A DNA stretch of 64,000 bases from Bugula neritina. Taxonomy: Eukaryota; Animalia; Bryozoa. Position 1 is the first letter of the stretch. Each line of letters begins with the position of its first letter. Shown piece after piece: positions 26,101 to 38,400 of this stretch. The position numbers and the translations under genes are program-made. The notes beneath the pieces were generated by a model that made no database searches, was not told the DNA's origin, and worked only from the letters and a program-made list of their open reading frames with translations. The stretch spans positions 25,126,628 through 25,190,627 of the forward strand of contig OZ037767.1 of NCBI GenBank assembly GCA_964035545.1. Direction: 5' to 3'.

Positions 26101-26440
26101 TTAGTGTTTAACAATCAAACCAATGCTTCTAACTGTCTTATATAACCAATCATGCTTCATGATGTATTCTAATATGCAGGTGAGGCAAATAGTATATTCA
26201 TTTAACAATTAACGTCTCATGGAATCACCTGAGCTCTGCACCATGTATGATATTTGTTGCAGGTTACCGTTATACCCAGTTCCAGGCCAAGCGAGTGTGA
26301 CCTCATCGGAAACAAACGTTGCTGCGACCAGTCTTGCTCACTGTGCTTCTAATGCTAATAGAGTTAGACCGACATTCCCTTTAAATTCAAACTTTATTCT
26401 AAGCTACCACAGCAGTTTTAGTAACAATAACAATAGCGAT

Positions 26441-29400
26441 ATGGAAACTTTGACAAACCAAGACCAGATGATCATAGATCCGAATTTGGACTTGGAACCT
26501 CAGGCACGAAACAGGTGTAACACATGGCCTTTGAGGCCAATCATTGATGATCCTCCGTCCATTCAAGACTCTGAAAGTAATCATGCCGAGGTTACTATTA
26601 AAGAAGAAGGACCTAGTGATTTTGCTGCTGCTGAAATTGGCAGTGAATCACCCCATAACATTTCTGGGGGACCCGATCACTTGACTATATCTAACCAAAT
26701 TGGGATTAATAACAGCTCCGAATTAGGCTCTCAAGGAGATCTAAATAATACAAAAAAGCAGTCGGCTCGAAAGAATGCTTGGGGTAAGTGATGAAGTTTC
26801 TAAGATTTTCAGATGTTGAAAGTAAAACTAAATTAGTAACTTCAGGAGAGATACACTTTCACTTTCAGTATCATTATCACTATGAATATAATTATATCGC
26901 CCCATTTTTTAAAATTTTATGTGCTTGCAAGTCTCAATTACTACCATACTTAGTAGAAAATGAATTTATCAATTTGAAGCTAAATAGTAAGCTTTACAAA
27001 GAAACTTTAAATTGACTTTTTATTTTTGTTTTTTAATCCATATTTTGGTTATTCTTTTCATTCTAGATGCTTGTAGATTCATATTGTTTATTAGATGCAG
27101 AGTGGCAGTTGTGTGTTTGTAGGTCTATTTCAGTATAACTCTACAACATTATTTTAAATGTTAAATTATGTTTTTTGAAGTTTGAGAATTGAACGTTTTC
27201 CTCTCTCTGGTTTGTTGAATTTAAATTTTTGGAACTTTCCATATCTGCGGTTCATTCTAGTAGCTAATTATTAAAAGCTCTCATGCTACACTAAATCCTA
27301 GTTATTCCAAGTACAGACAACCATGATAAGTTGAGCAATGTTTCAGTGCTTGTTCTACTATAAACCGTGGATAACTAGCCCAATGAAGTATCAACTGCAT
27401 GTAAATTGAAGCTTTAAAAGTACTGTTAGTTTATGTCTCATATACGGCTCTTTGCTTATGTGGAAAGACTAAATTATTAAAACTTATTGTAATAGTGTGT
27501 ACATTTGCCTTGACAACCCATGATGATGATGATGGTGGTGGTGGTTAATGGTGGTGATAGGTGATATTTTTTCTAATGGCCAAAGTTTTCATTTCGATTC
27601 TATTTGTAAAAACTGCAAATGTTTTATTATAACCATCATTACGAGTTGTCATTGGCTTGGTTCCAAAAGTTTTTTTTTCAGTTTTTGCTCACTTCAGGTG
27701 ACTAAATAATTTATCTCAGTTTAGCTTAGTTACACATTGTTGATGGTGGAGCCTATTTACTAGTGGTTAGTGAATAGTAAGGTATAAAGCTATTGGTGGA
27801 TTAGTAGCTAACCACTGAAACCAATAGGAAGTGAGTGAGCTCGTTGTTAGTTGTTACTATACTAGTAACTGGCCGCTAGTCAAACTGTCATATCTGTGGT
27901 CAGTCATACTTGAAAAGCAATTCTTTTCAACTTAAAAATAGAACTCAAGAGCTTGATCAGCTTGCTATTGCGACCCCAGAAGTCGTTGTCGAAAAATAAT
28001 AGCAAACGCCACAGCTATTTTTAGATTCTAGGCTAGCACAGTTTGTCATTCACCAAAGTCAAGATAATTTCCCACATTTAAGCTCACTATAATAGATAGT
28101 GTGTAGGATAAAACCTGGTTGGAATGACACAAGAAACTGTGGCTGTAATCTTGCCAACATCTGACCACTCAGTTATCAGTCTAGAAGTAACTGAATCAGT
28201 TAATCGTGGAGTTAGTTTAGCCAGTGTAATCTGTATGTTTCAGTATGCCAATCTAAGATAAACTATCCAACTTTATTAAGATTTCACGTGTACAGTCGAG
28301 TTGACTGTACTGACACCTGGTAGAGCTTGTCACGGTACATAAAATTGCTCCTAGATAGACCATCGGTCAGAGGGTCTTACGTACACGCTGATTATGCTGA
28401 TGTTATCTAACAAGACTTAATTCACACCTGACTGACTATCAGTCACAGTTACTCAAAACCCTTTTCAAAGTCTACCGTGATATCCAATCTTCGTTACCGA
28501 AAAGCGCCATTAGTAAACATTACTTTTCTGTAATAGTATTTTATGTTTAGCAAATTATTATTGATGTTGATGTATAACTAGTACGTGGAGTAGCTGGGGG
28601 GAACATATAAATAGTTTCTCCCATGCTCTCTTTTTAAGGTTTATTTAGTATCAGTTTAGATGCAACTCTTACAAAATCCGCACAGAAATAGAAGTAGTTT
28701 ACTTTTTGGTTGGAAAGATGTAGTTCTTCTGGACTATTGTTTTAGGAGACCCAACAAAACTGGGCTTTGTGTTGACTGAAATGCTTAGGCACTAGTTTTG
28801 TTGTAGGTACAGTTATGGTTGTTTTGGCATGTAGTTGCTCTGTCTTCTTACAAGGAACCATGTCTCTCTTCTGTAGACAAGACAGGTTGACTACTAGGTT
28901 GGCTGTCTCCATGCAACATAGCATTGCTGCTGCTCAGTGGTATCTAAGTAGGCAGCAGGTAGCCATGTGATCATATTGAGATAACTCTTGGCTTCTTTGA
29001 CTAAAATACTATTAGCAACAATGGGCTGACACTTCTTCGCTATTTCAAGACTGGATTTGAGTTTGCAGGATGTTTTTGCCCTAGAATAATAGTTGGTGCA
29101 GCTTCATGTTTTTCTTGAGCTTATTCAAGGTGATGTTTGCTGTCTTTGATCAGGGGATTTGCCAAATTAAATGTTATCAGTGTGAAAGTAAAAAACAAAA
29201 TTCTGAGCCTTAGGTAAATGACTAACTGCTATTCTTGAATCCTTCCATGACTCTTAGCTGCTTCTAGCCAATTGCTTAGGCTGCTGCAGTTATAAAATTG
29301 TAGGTGGCTATGAAAGCCGCAGGGAATTCTTGGCATACAATGGACTCTAGTTCACATAATTCTTCAAATAATCAAAGCCTGCATTGACTAATAAGGCAGG

Positions 29401-32400
29401 CTTTGGCATAAGTCCAACATTTGATAGCGCTGTGATGCTATTAATAATAGCCGCTATGGAAATCGTTCGCTGCCTGCGTTAGTTATAGTATTGAATACCC
29501 TTTGTGCTACTTGCGTACATTCTGAATAGCCTTCGGGATAGCAAAGAAAATAATAAAATTATTACGTAACAATGCTGCTGCCCCATTCCTGATGCTGCCT
29601 GATTAAACTTGCTCTCTCGTGAGCTCCCCTGGCCGGGAAAACTGGACATTTCGTTGCCCACTCACTCATTTACTTGCTCTGGTATGTTCACGTAATATCC
29701 CATCCAAGTATTACATAACGGGTACTAATAATAATAAAGAATAAATATATAACTGATTAATAAATAATAATAAAATATTTGGCTGGTCTCTAAACTATCT
29801 GAATTGCTTTGATAGGGGAGATAACTTAAACATGGCTGAAAAATGCTAAATTCTTGATTTGTTGAGATCTTCACCACTCTAGAACCTGTGACTGATTCAC
29901 CCAATTTAATAGCTCAGATAGTCCGTCAAGTTATTCCAGTTTTGCCATTTGTATGATTTATATGTTCATCTGTTCACTGTATGCAGTATGATGGATTGCT
30001 TGCACTTGCAATGCTAACTGAAGTGCAACTACTAATGGATTCTCAAAATGAAATCTTGTTTTTCTGAAAGCTTCACCAACATAACATACAGTTTCAGTGT
30101 GGGTTAATCTCGTGCTAGTGTAGTAATTAGCGTGCTGAACTCGTTGTCTCTTCTGTTCAGCTGCTGGCAGCAGATGCTACTCTTCCTCAAATGTGTAGCC
30201 ACACCTCTGATCACGTGCTTTAGAAATAAGCTGGTGTTGGTTTAACAAAATGTGTAGGTTATAGCGTTTGCCTAGCAAGCACGAAGTCATAGGTTCGAAC
30301 TCCGACAAAAGTCGTTGGTGATGTTAGGAAGGGCATCCAGTCACTATTGCTCCCGTGCCCAATCTGAATAAGTCCTTAGCTCTATTTAATAAAACCCGTT
30401 CCATCAGAGGTTTTCTTACAGGGCTGGTGACTATAAACTTTCGTGAGAGTTTTACAAATTGTGTGCAGGCTGATGAGTTATGGCTCTGGCATATTGTCAT
30501 TGTGTTGATGTTTTTCAGGCAATCTCTCCTATGCTGACCTCATCACACAAGCTATCCAATCATCACCAGAGAAACGGCTCACTCTTTCTCAAATCTACGA
30601 TTGGATGGTTCAAAATGTCGGCTACTTTCGGGACAAGGGTGACAGCAATAGCTCAGCCGGCTGGAAGGTATAGTCACAGAGTCACAGTCACATACTAACA
30701 GTCACATAGTCACATAATCAGTCGTATACTCACAGTCACATAGTCACATAATCAGTCGTATACTCACAGTCACATAGTCACATAATTAGTCGTATACTCA
30801 CAGTCACATACTCACAGTAATATACTCACAGTCGCATAGTCACAGTCACATACTCATAATCAAATACTTACAGTCACAGTCACATACTCATAGTCACAGT
30901 CACATAGTCACAGTAATATACTCACAGTCACATACTCATAACCCTTTGATTGAAGAAATAGCTCTTAAAAGTATTGTGCACCACTAGTGTGAAGTAATTC
31001 CATATCTTGCTACAATTTTCAGCAACTGGTAACCTTTTAAGTGGTATTTCTTGCATTTTCAATAATATGACTGAAAGTACATTTCCTAAGCCCATTTAGC
31101 TATGAAGTTCACCAACACATTTATTTGCACAACTTGCTGCAAAAACAAGATTTTGTGCACCTTGAGAAAATCTCACACTGTTTTTCTTGCATAACTATCT
31201 GAATGTGTGAGTTGGCATAAGACTTTGTCTGGTGATGGGTCAGTTTGTCTACCTGCCTCTCCTAGTATTAATGGTATAATAGGTAAAACAATGCACTAGA
31301 TGTGAAATTCTCTTCCATGTTTACAGAACTCGATTCGTCACAACTTATCTTTACACAACCGATTCATGAGAATACAGAATGAGGGCGCCGGAAAGTCCTC
31401 CTGGTGGGTAATCAACCCTGACGCTAAGCCCGGGAAAGCTCCAAGGCGACCGAGAGGCAATTCTATGGACAGTAAATCCATGAGCATGAAGGCGACGAGG
31501 GACCGGGCTATGAAAAGAGTTCGAGAGAGAAACAGTAAAGGACTGCTGGGTAAAGACGGTACCATCAGTCCGGGTATGTTGAGGAGCATTTAGTGCAAGT
31601 GTTGAACGTTACTCATGGCTCAAAGTAGTCTTTTCATGAAGGGCGTTTCCCTATAGCAATTTGCACCAAACATGCCGAAAACAAGGCAGAAATAATAGAA
31701 GCCTGGTAGCTCTAAACGTGTTGTACTTCATAAACAAACCCATAATTCAATGTTGCTAAGAACTACTAAGACTTGAGTCTTGCTGTGAACCAGTTGGACT
31801 GACTTTACCTACTTGTGTATGAAGGCTGGTTAACCATTTCAATAAATACCTGTGATGTTACTTTTCTCAGAATCCCATACTCTACCTCTGAAGTTACCAA
31901 TGCACTCATCTTTTCCCTCTTCCACAATTTATTTTCACATAGTTGTGGTTTCTTCAAACCACTTATCTCCATAGCTTCATAGTTGTTACTATTGCAGCGT
32001 TAGTGTTACTAGTGATAGTAGTTAGTACTACTAGTTAGTACTACTAGTTAGTACTAGTAGTTAGTACTAGTAGTTAGTACTAGTAGTTAGTACTACTAAC
32101 TACTAGTACTACTAGTTAGTACTAGTAGTTAGTAGTTATTACTAGTAGTTAGTGCTGTGTTAGTAGTTAAATGAACTGACCATGTCTGTTTAAACCTGCT
32201 GCAGTATCACCTGCTCATGAATTCACCCTTTCACCTGGAGATGGCGGGTACAGGGATAGAGCCAGCAGCTTTGCCAGCAACATCAGTGGCAGAAAATCAC
32301 CAGTCTCTGATTTTGACTTGGATGCTAAGGTTGGTGGCTGTTTTTAATCAACTACTGAATATGTTACAGTAGTAGCGATAGCAGCAATAATTAAGTTGCA

Positions 32401-32456
32401 GTAACAGCAGTGTAGTAGTAGTAATATTAGTAGTAATAGCAATTTAGTAGTAGTAC

Positions 32457-32491
<35 letters not shown>

Positions 32492-35400
32492 ATAGTAGTA
32501 GTAATAGTAATTTAGTAGTAGTACTAGTAGTAATAGTAGTAGTAATAGTAGTAGTAGCAGCATTAGTATTAGTAGCAGCAGTAGTAGTAGTAGTACTAGT
32601 AGAACTACTATTAATTGTTGTTGTAATGATGACACTTTAAAGGCAATGACCTGTGTATTTATATTTACTCAGTGAATCATGGTTGTGTATTGTGTAGTGC
32701 AGGTGAAATTGGAGCTTATTTTTACCCGATGGCTGCGAGTTAGTAACAGTGTATTGATCCGGATATGCCTCTACTCAAACTAATACTCAACATCCACCCA
32801 AATCTTATTCATATTTTCTTGCAAAATGCTGAATTTGACCAGCTATATCATAGACATTCATATTCCTAGACTGAGACTAAAAAATGGTTGACCACTCTGT
32901 TGACATTTATGGTGTGCACAAATATACGATATACAAATCTAACTTAGATGTTGATATTCAGTGGGCCAGGGCTCATATTGATTTGTTGAAAAGCTTGATT
33001 TTACCATCTCTTATTAATATAATTCGTTTGAGTGTAGTGGCCAAATAGTTGAGCAGTGATAACTGCATTATATTATATTTTAATTTTTAATTTAACATTC
33101 TATCTGCTTTTATCAGAGAAAAATATTAATTTTATGAGCTGATTGATTAGCTTTTGACTTCTGAACATAGTTTTGGTTTTGGAATAGTTACTTTTTATTT
33201 GATTTTTTAACCAGTTTTCAAAAAATTCGTAATCTTTAGAATCTAAAGAATAATTTGGTGTGTACACTCAGTAGTTATACCTCAGTCTAAGGTGTATTCA
33301 GACAGGGGTATTTAGGATCTTAGTATATGGTGGTAACATTAAGTATTAGTATGTGAGTGTTGTTCAATCAATGGCTGCACAATTATCTACTTCAACACCT
33401 TATCATCCTGTCTTTGGTACAATTCTAATTTATATCCAGTATAAATGCACTGCGCCATTATTTAATTTTGTTTGAAAATTAAAGGAATTAGATTTGCTGA
33501 AGTTGGTAATGGAGTTCAATATTGTGGTATATTTTCCTGTAAAGGAAATACCCACGTGGTCACTAATATTTTCCATATCTTCCTATATGCTACTACTTTT
33601 AAATACCCTTCAGTCTTCATACGTTCAAAACATGGTTTCTTAATTCACTGGGCCTCAGAAAAGTAGGTTATACCATCATTACAGTCTATATCTACGCTTG
33701 AATGTTCACTGTTTAGCTTAAACTCTATATTTCCTTTACTGTAAAATATATTTGGCCATGTTTCTCACAAATTTAGAGCTGTGTTCATTAATCTAGAGTT
33801 TGAGGGCTTCACTGGTGTTCATTTGCTACTTTGTCTCAGTTGTCACCTTATGGCTCTGAAAACCGTCTGGAGTTTGAATATTCAATGGATACGAGTGGCA
33901 AGCTGCCAGATGAACTGGAGTTGCTGGGCATCAACTTCCCCAACCTGCAGTCTGGCAGTCTGCTGGATGAGCTGGAGGAGACGAATGAGCCGTACAATGA
34001 TCCTGGATCCAGTGGCTTGCCTCCACACAATGTGTTCGGTGGTAAACCTTGTAAGTTACCTGCATTTACCTGTAATTTAAACTCAACCAGTATGTCACTG
34101 CTTTTCTATACTATGTAGGTGTCTAAATGCTTATACAGTGGAGCATGTTATGTGTTAGTTAGTTAGAGCAATAATATAAACAAAAGTTTCAGTTTTTTTC
34201 CACGCAGGCTATCATGTGGAGATAAACAAAAGGATTTGTTATTTTCTTACTCTGATCTTGCATGTTTTACCTGGCTGTTGCGGGTTTGCCAGTGACTTGT
34301 TTTGTGACTGAAGTTTCCTCCGGGCATGCTCAGAGAGTCCTATTTGAAGCTCAGTAGTCATGAAACCGTACGAAGCCAAGAACACCTCATTATGTGTCAT
34401 GGAAAGAAAGATTAATGGACTGCTCAATTAACTCAAAACAACTTCTATGTTTTGTTAATGCCAATAGCAAAGGTGTTCTACACAGTGTGCATATGCGTAG
34501 TATTTAGTATGATGTATAGATACGTGCTTACATATACTACATATGTACATATATACACACACACACATACGTACATATATGCCTTCATTTTAACACGCAG
34601 ACACCAAACAACTGGTTGCACTTGTTTTGCTTCATTTTACAGACAGTACATATCTACAAATTAATGAAGGTGGTGCCACGTATAGCAACCCGCCTCCCCC
34701 ACCTTACCCAGACCAGCAGCAGTATAACCAGGCACCAGTCTCCAACCCCCAACTGGTATGTCAGTTCTCTCACCATCTAGTTGTAGTATATCAGTTGTCT
34801 CACTATCTAGTTGTAGTATATCAGTTCTCTCACTATCTAGTTGTAGTGTATCAGTTCCCTCACCATCTAGTTGTAGTGTATCAGTTCCCTCACCATCTAG
34901 TTGTAGTATATCAGTTCCCTCACCATCTAGTTGTAGTATATCAGTTCTCTCACTATCTAGTTGTAGTATATTAGTTCTCTCACTATCTAGTTGTAGTATA
35001 TCAGTTCTCTCACTATCTAGTTGTAGTATATCAGTTCCCTCACCATCTAGTTGTAGTATATTAGTTCTCTCACAATCTAGTTGTAGTATATCAGTTCTCT
35101 CACTATCTAGTTGTAGTATATTAGTTCTCTCACTATCTAGTTGTAGTATATTAGTTCCCTCACCATCTAGTTGTAGTATATCAGTTGTCTCACTATCTAG
35201 TTGTAGTATATCAGTTCTCTCACAATCTAGTTGTAGTATATCAGTTGTCTCACTATCTAGTTGTAGTATATTAGTTCTCTCACAATCTAGTTGTAGTATA
35301 TCAGTTCTCTCACTATCTAGTTGTAGTATATCAGTTCTCTCACAATATAGTTGCATTCCAATCTTAGCATAAGTAGGAATTTTTATTAAATTTAAAAAAA

Positions 35401-38400
35401 TAGTCATGGTTAGGGAAAGAGCTTATGATTTAAAAGTGAAAATAGTCTTCATTGGTGTTGAAAATGCATTTGAAAGCATTAACCTGCATTTGCATTGTCA
35501 AGAAAAATAATATATTATTTGTTATTTATGTCTCTTTAAAACTGATAATAACCAGTCAATTTTATTTTCAAAACTCATTCTCCTTCTGTGATGAAATTGG
35601 TGTTTTCATAACTGTTGTAGAAGTAGATGTGTGTTTGTGCAGTGTTGTATATCTTGTGGTACCTCTCATAGCCCTAGCACCTCTGCTATCTCATCTTTCT
35701 AATTTTACACCTCATTAACCTCCAATTTCGTTCCGCCCTGGAACCATGCTTGACTTGGCCCCCTTTTTACTGCTAATAAAGAGTTCTGTAACCTGTTTAT
35801 GAGACTGGAGAGTTGCCTTTCTGTCCACAGTTTTAGTCATTGTCCATAGTACTTTCACCACTATTTGATCAGCACCACTGTCCTTACCCAGTGGTGTTTA
35901 TAATTATTGTTGATACTTATTTCACTCAACCTTTGGGTAAAGTATAGCCATGGAATTAATTGATGCCTGACTCTATTTATACTTCTGCAGAAGATAGTAT
36001 ATACCACACATATTCGTCTATATGTATTTTAACCTGAATGCAGAACATGCAGAACAGATATAAAGACCCTATGATAACAAGCTACGCAGGCAGCGGTGGT
36101 AACAGTAACAACAACACACTCAGTCCTAGTCTACTACCCAGAGTGCCCCAGTATGTCACAAGGTACAGCAACGGTGTTGTGGGAACACAGAATGCCTCGG
36201 CACCACAACAGCAGCAGCAGCAGCAAAGGGTAAGTGTCTGACATGTAGAGAATACACCATCATTAGTAGGGTGATGTTTTTTTATTATATAACTGCTATA
36301 GCATCTTTCAACTGCAACATTACAGCATGGTTAGTAGCTTTTATTGTTGTATTGTTTACCGATGGCTTGAGGTTTAAAAGGGAATACAGCCAATAAATGA
36401 GATGGGGTGGGGGTTAGACTTCTTTCTATACAACTATCGAACTATCCTATCTCTCTATTTTCACAGTTCATTTATAATACACATACAAGTAGTGTTCGTG
36501 TTGAACAGACAACTCTCAGGCAGTTATCAGGATACTTTCTTATTTAATAATAAAATGTTAGCTGGCCACAGACTCTACAACTGATGTTATCAGTGGGCAC
36601 CATTACAGTTATTTTATTGTATCAACTCCAGTTTAGCTGTCCTAGCACTATTAGGTGTGGTGCGTAGACTTTAATAGTAATACTTTTATAATATAACCTT
36701 TTGTGTGGAGCTCTGCAGGCTGAATGCAATCAGGCTGGCTTATTTATAGAAGATAGCCCTATCCATCTTGGTATTATGATTATGCAATCAATTGGAATTG
36801 AATCCTCATAGGAAAACAAATACTAATTCAATCACAAACTTGGTCAAACACAGTTAAGATACTAATCATACAGATATATAGTTAGACACTTAAACCTATC
36901 CTTAAAACAAATGAACTTCATATTGTAGCCTGACAATGTATTTACACATTAACAAATAAATTAATCTATAAGTCTTCATCACTGGCAAAGGCTGTGTCAT
37001 TAGCTTGGCAACGGTATTGTTTGCCATCCAAGGAATCAATGGCTTTGCATATGGAATAATTATTTCAAGAAGATAGTAATTGTTTAGTCTGCTGATGGAT
37101 AGTGGTTCAGGCTTGTAGACTATAATAAGAGGAATTAAATGCATTAGAGTGTAATGCATTGTGATTTAGTTAGTCAAACTGAAGTTATTTTTAAATTTTG
37201 AGTCAGTTCTTTTGGATGAAGTTAATTTCTGAGTAAGCATAGCTTGTGTGTTTAGGTGATACCGAGTTCAATACGGGCGGCTCTCAGCGCCAACACCCCC
37301 ATGTCCAGATCCAACCAGATATCTCCTTCTCTGAAGAAAAGTGCACCAATACTCACTTCCCAACTGTTAGACTACACACCCCCACAGCAGCAGCAACAAC
37401 AACAACAACAACAGCAGCAGCAGCAGCCAAATATGTATAACCTCAATCAACCTCAGGTATCTGCTGCAATCTTGTCAGAAAGAAATTGTCTCTCCGTGTT
37501 ATTGTGACTCTGGTGTATGACTGCATGTGTGGTTACAGCTCAGCATATGTGTGTAGTGTGTGGTGGTTGGTCAGAGATGTGTGTAGTGTGTGGTGGTTGG
37601 TTAGAGAGGTGTGTAGTGTGTGGTGGTTGGTCAGAGATGTGTGTGTAGTGTGTGGTGATTGGTTAGAGATGTGTGTAGTGTGTGATGATTGGTCAGAGAT
37701 GTGTGGCAGCATCTGGCAGCACTTGCTCTTAGCCTAGGGCCACACGGTGCGTATTTTCGCATGCGAAAATTGAAATCACAAGTAGCAAAGGTGTCCACTG
37801 TGCGCGTTGAGAAAACCTTCGCACTTGTCGCTCTGCATTTTCAACGCAAGTGCGAATCGTCTCTGTCGTCGTCACCTAATTGGCTGGTAGCTATTCAGCG
37901 AGCCCAATTTCTTTATTTAGTGCTATATTCCAGTAAATTGCGCTTTAGAGTGCGATTTAAAAATGAAAGCTTTATTTATCACGCATCACTGACGCTACAG
38001 TGGACACCTTTGCTACCCGTGATTTTAATTTTCGCATGCGAAAATACGCACAGTGTGGCCCTAGGCTTAGTTTCACATTTTCTTATCTAACATTTTCTGC
38101 ATAGCTATTTGCATAACGTGTTGTCACGGTGACACCCAGGTAATGAACCAATCAAGACAGCAGCAGCAGTTGTCTTATGGCCAATTTGGGAGTGACTTGG
38201 GAGGACAAAATAGACAGGATCAGGACCCCTCTGCCTGCTACATGCCCAACAACCCTCCTCTCAACTATTTCCCCAACGACTTGGATCTCGACACAGTTCC
38301 TGATTTTCTAACATGTGATGTGGAAGAGGTTAGGATGTTCATTTTATTTTAATTTGCAATTGTTCTCACCCAGACTTTAGCTCAAAATATGCTCAGTAGC

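Noticed and set aside
29570-29690. Alternative first coding exon of FoxO (donor GTATGT near 29682)
   Set aside because: No in-frame ATG before an upstream stop; at most a non-coding exon.
34661-35407. 248-aa and 204-aa repetitive ORFs
   Set aside because: By-products of a 30-bp intronic minisatellite that is stop-free in several frames; the repeat has no unique spacers, so it is not a CRISPR array either.
37689-38090. 133-aa ORF as a transposase
   Set aside because: Lies within a 335-bp MITE; no transposase motifs.
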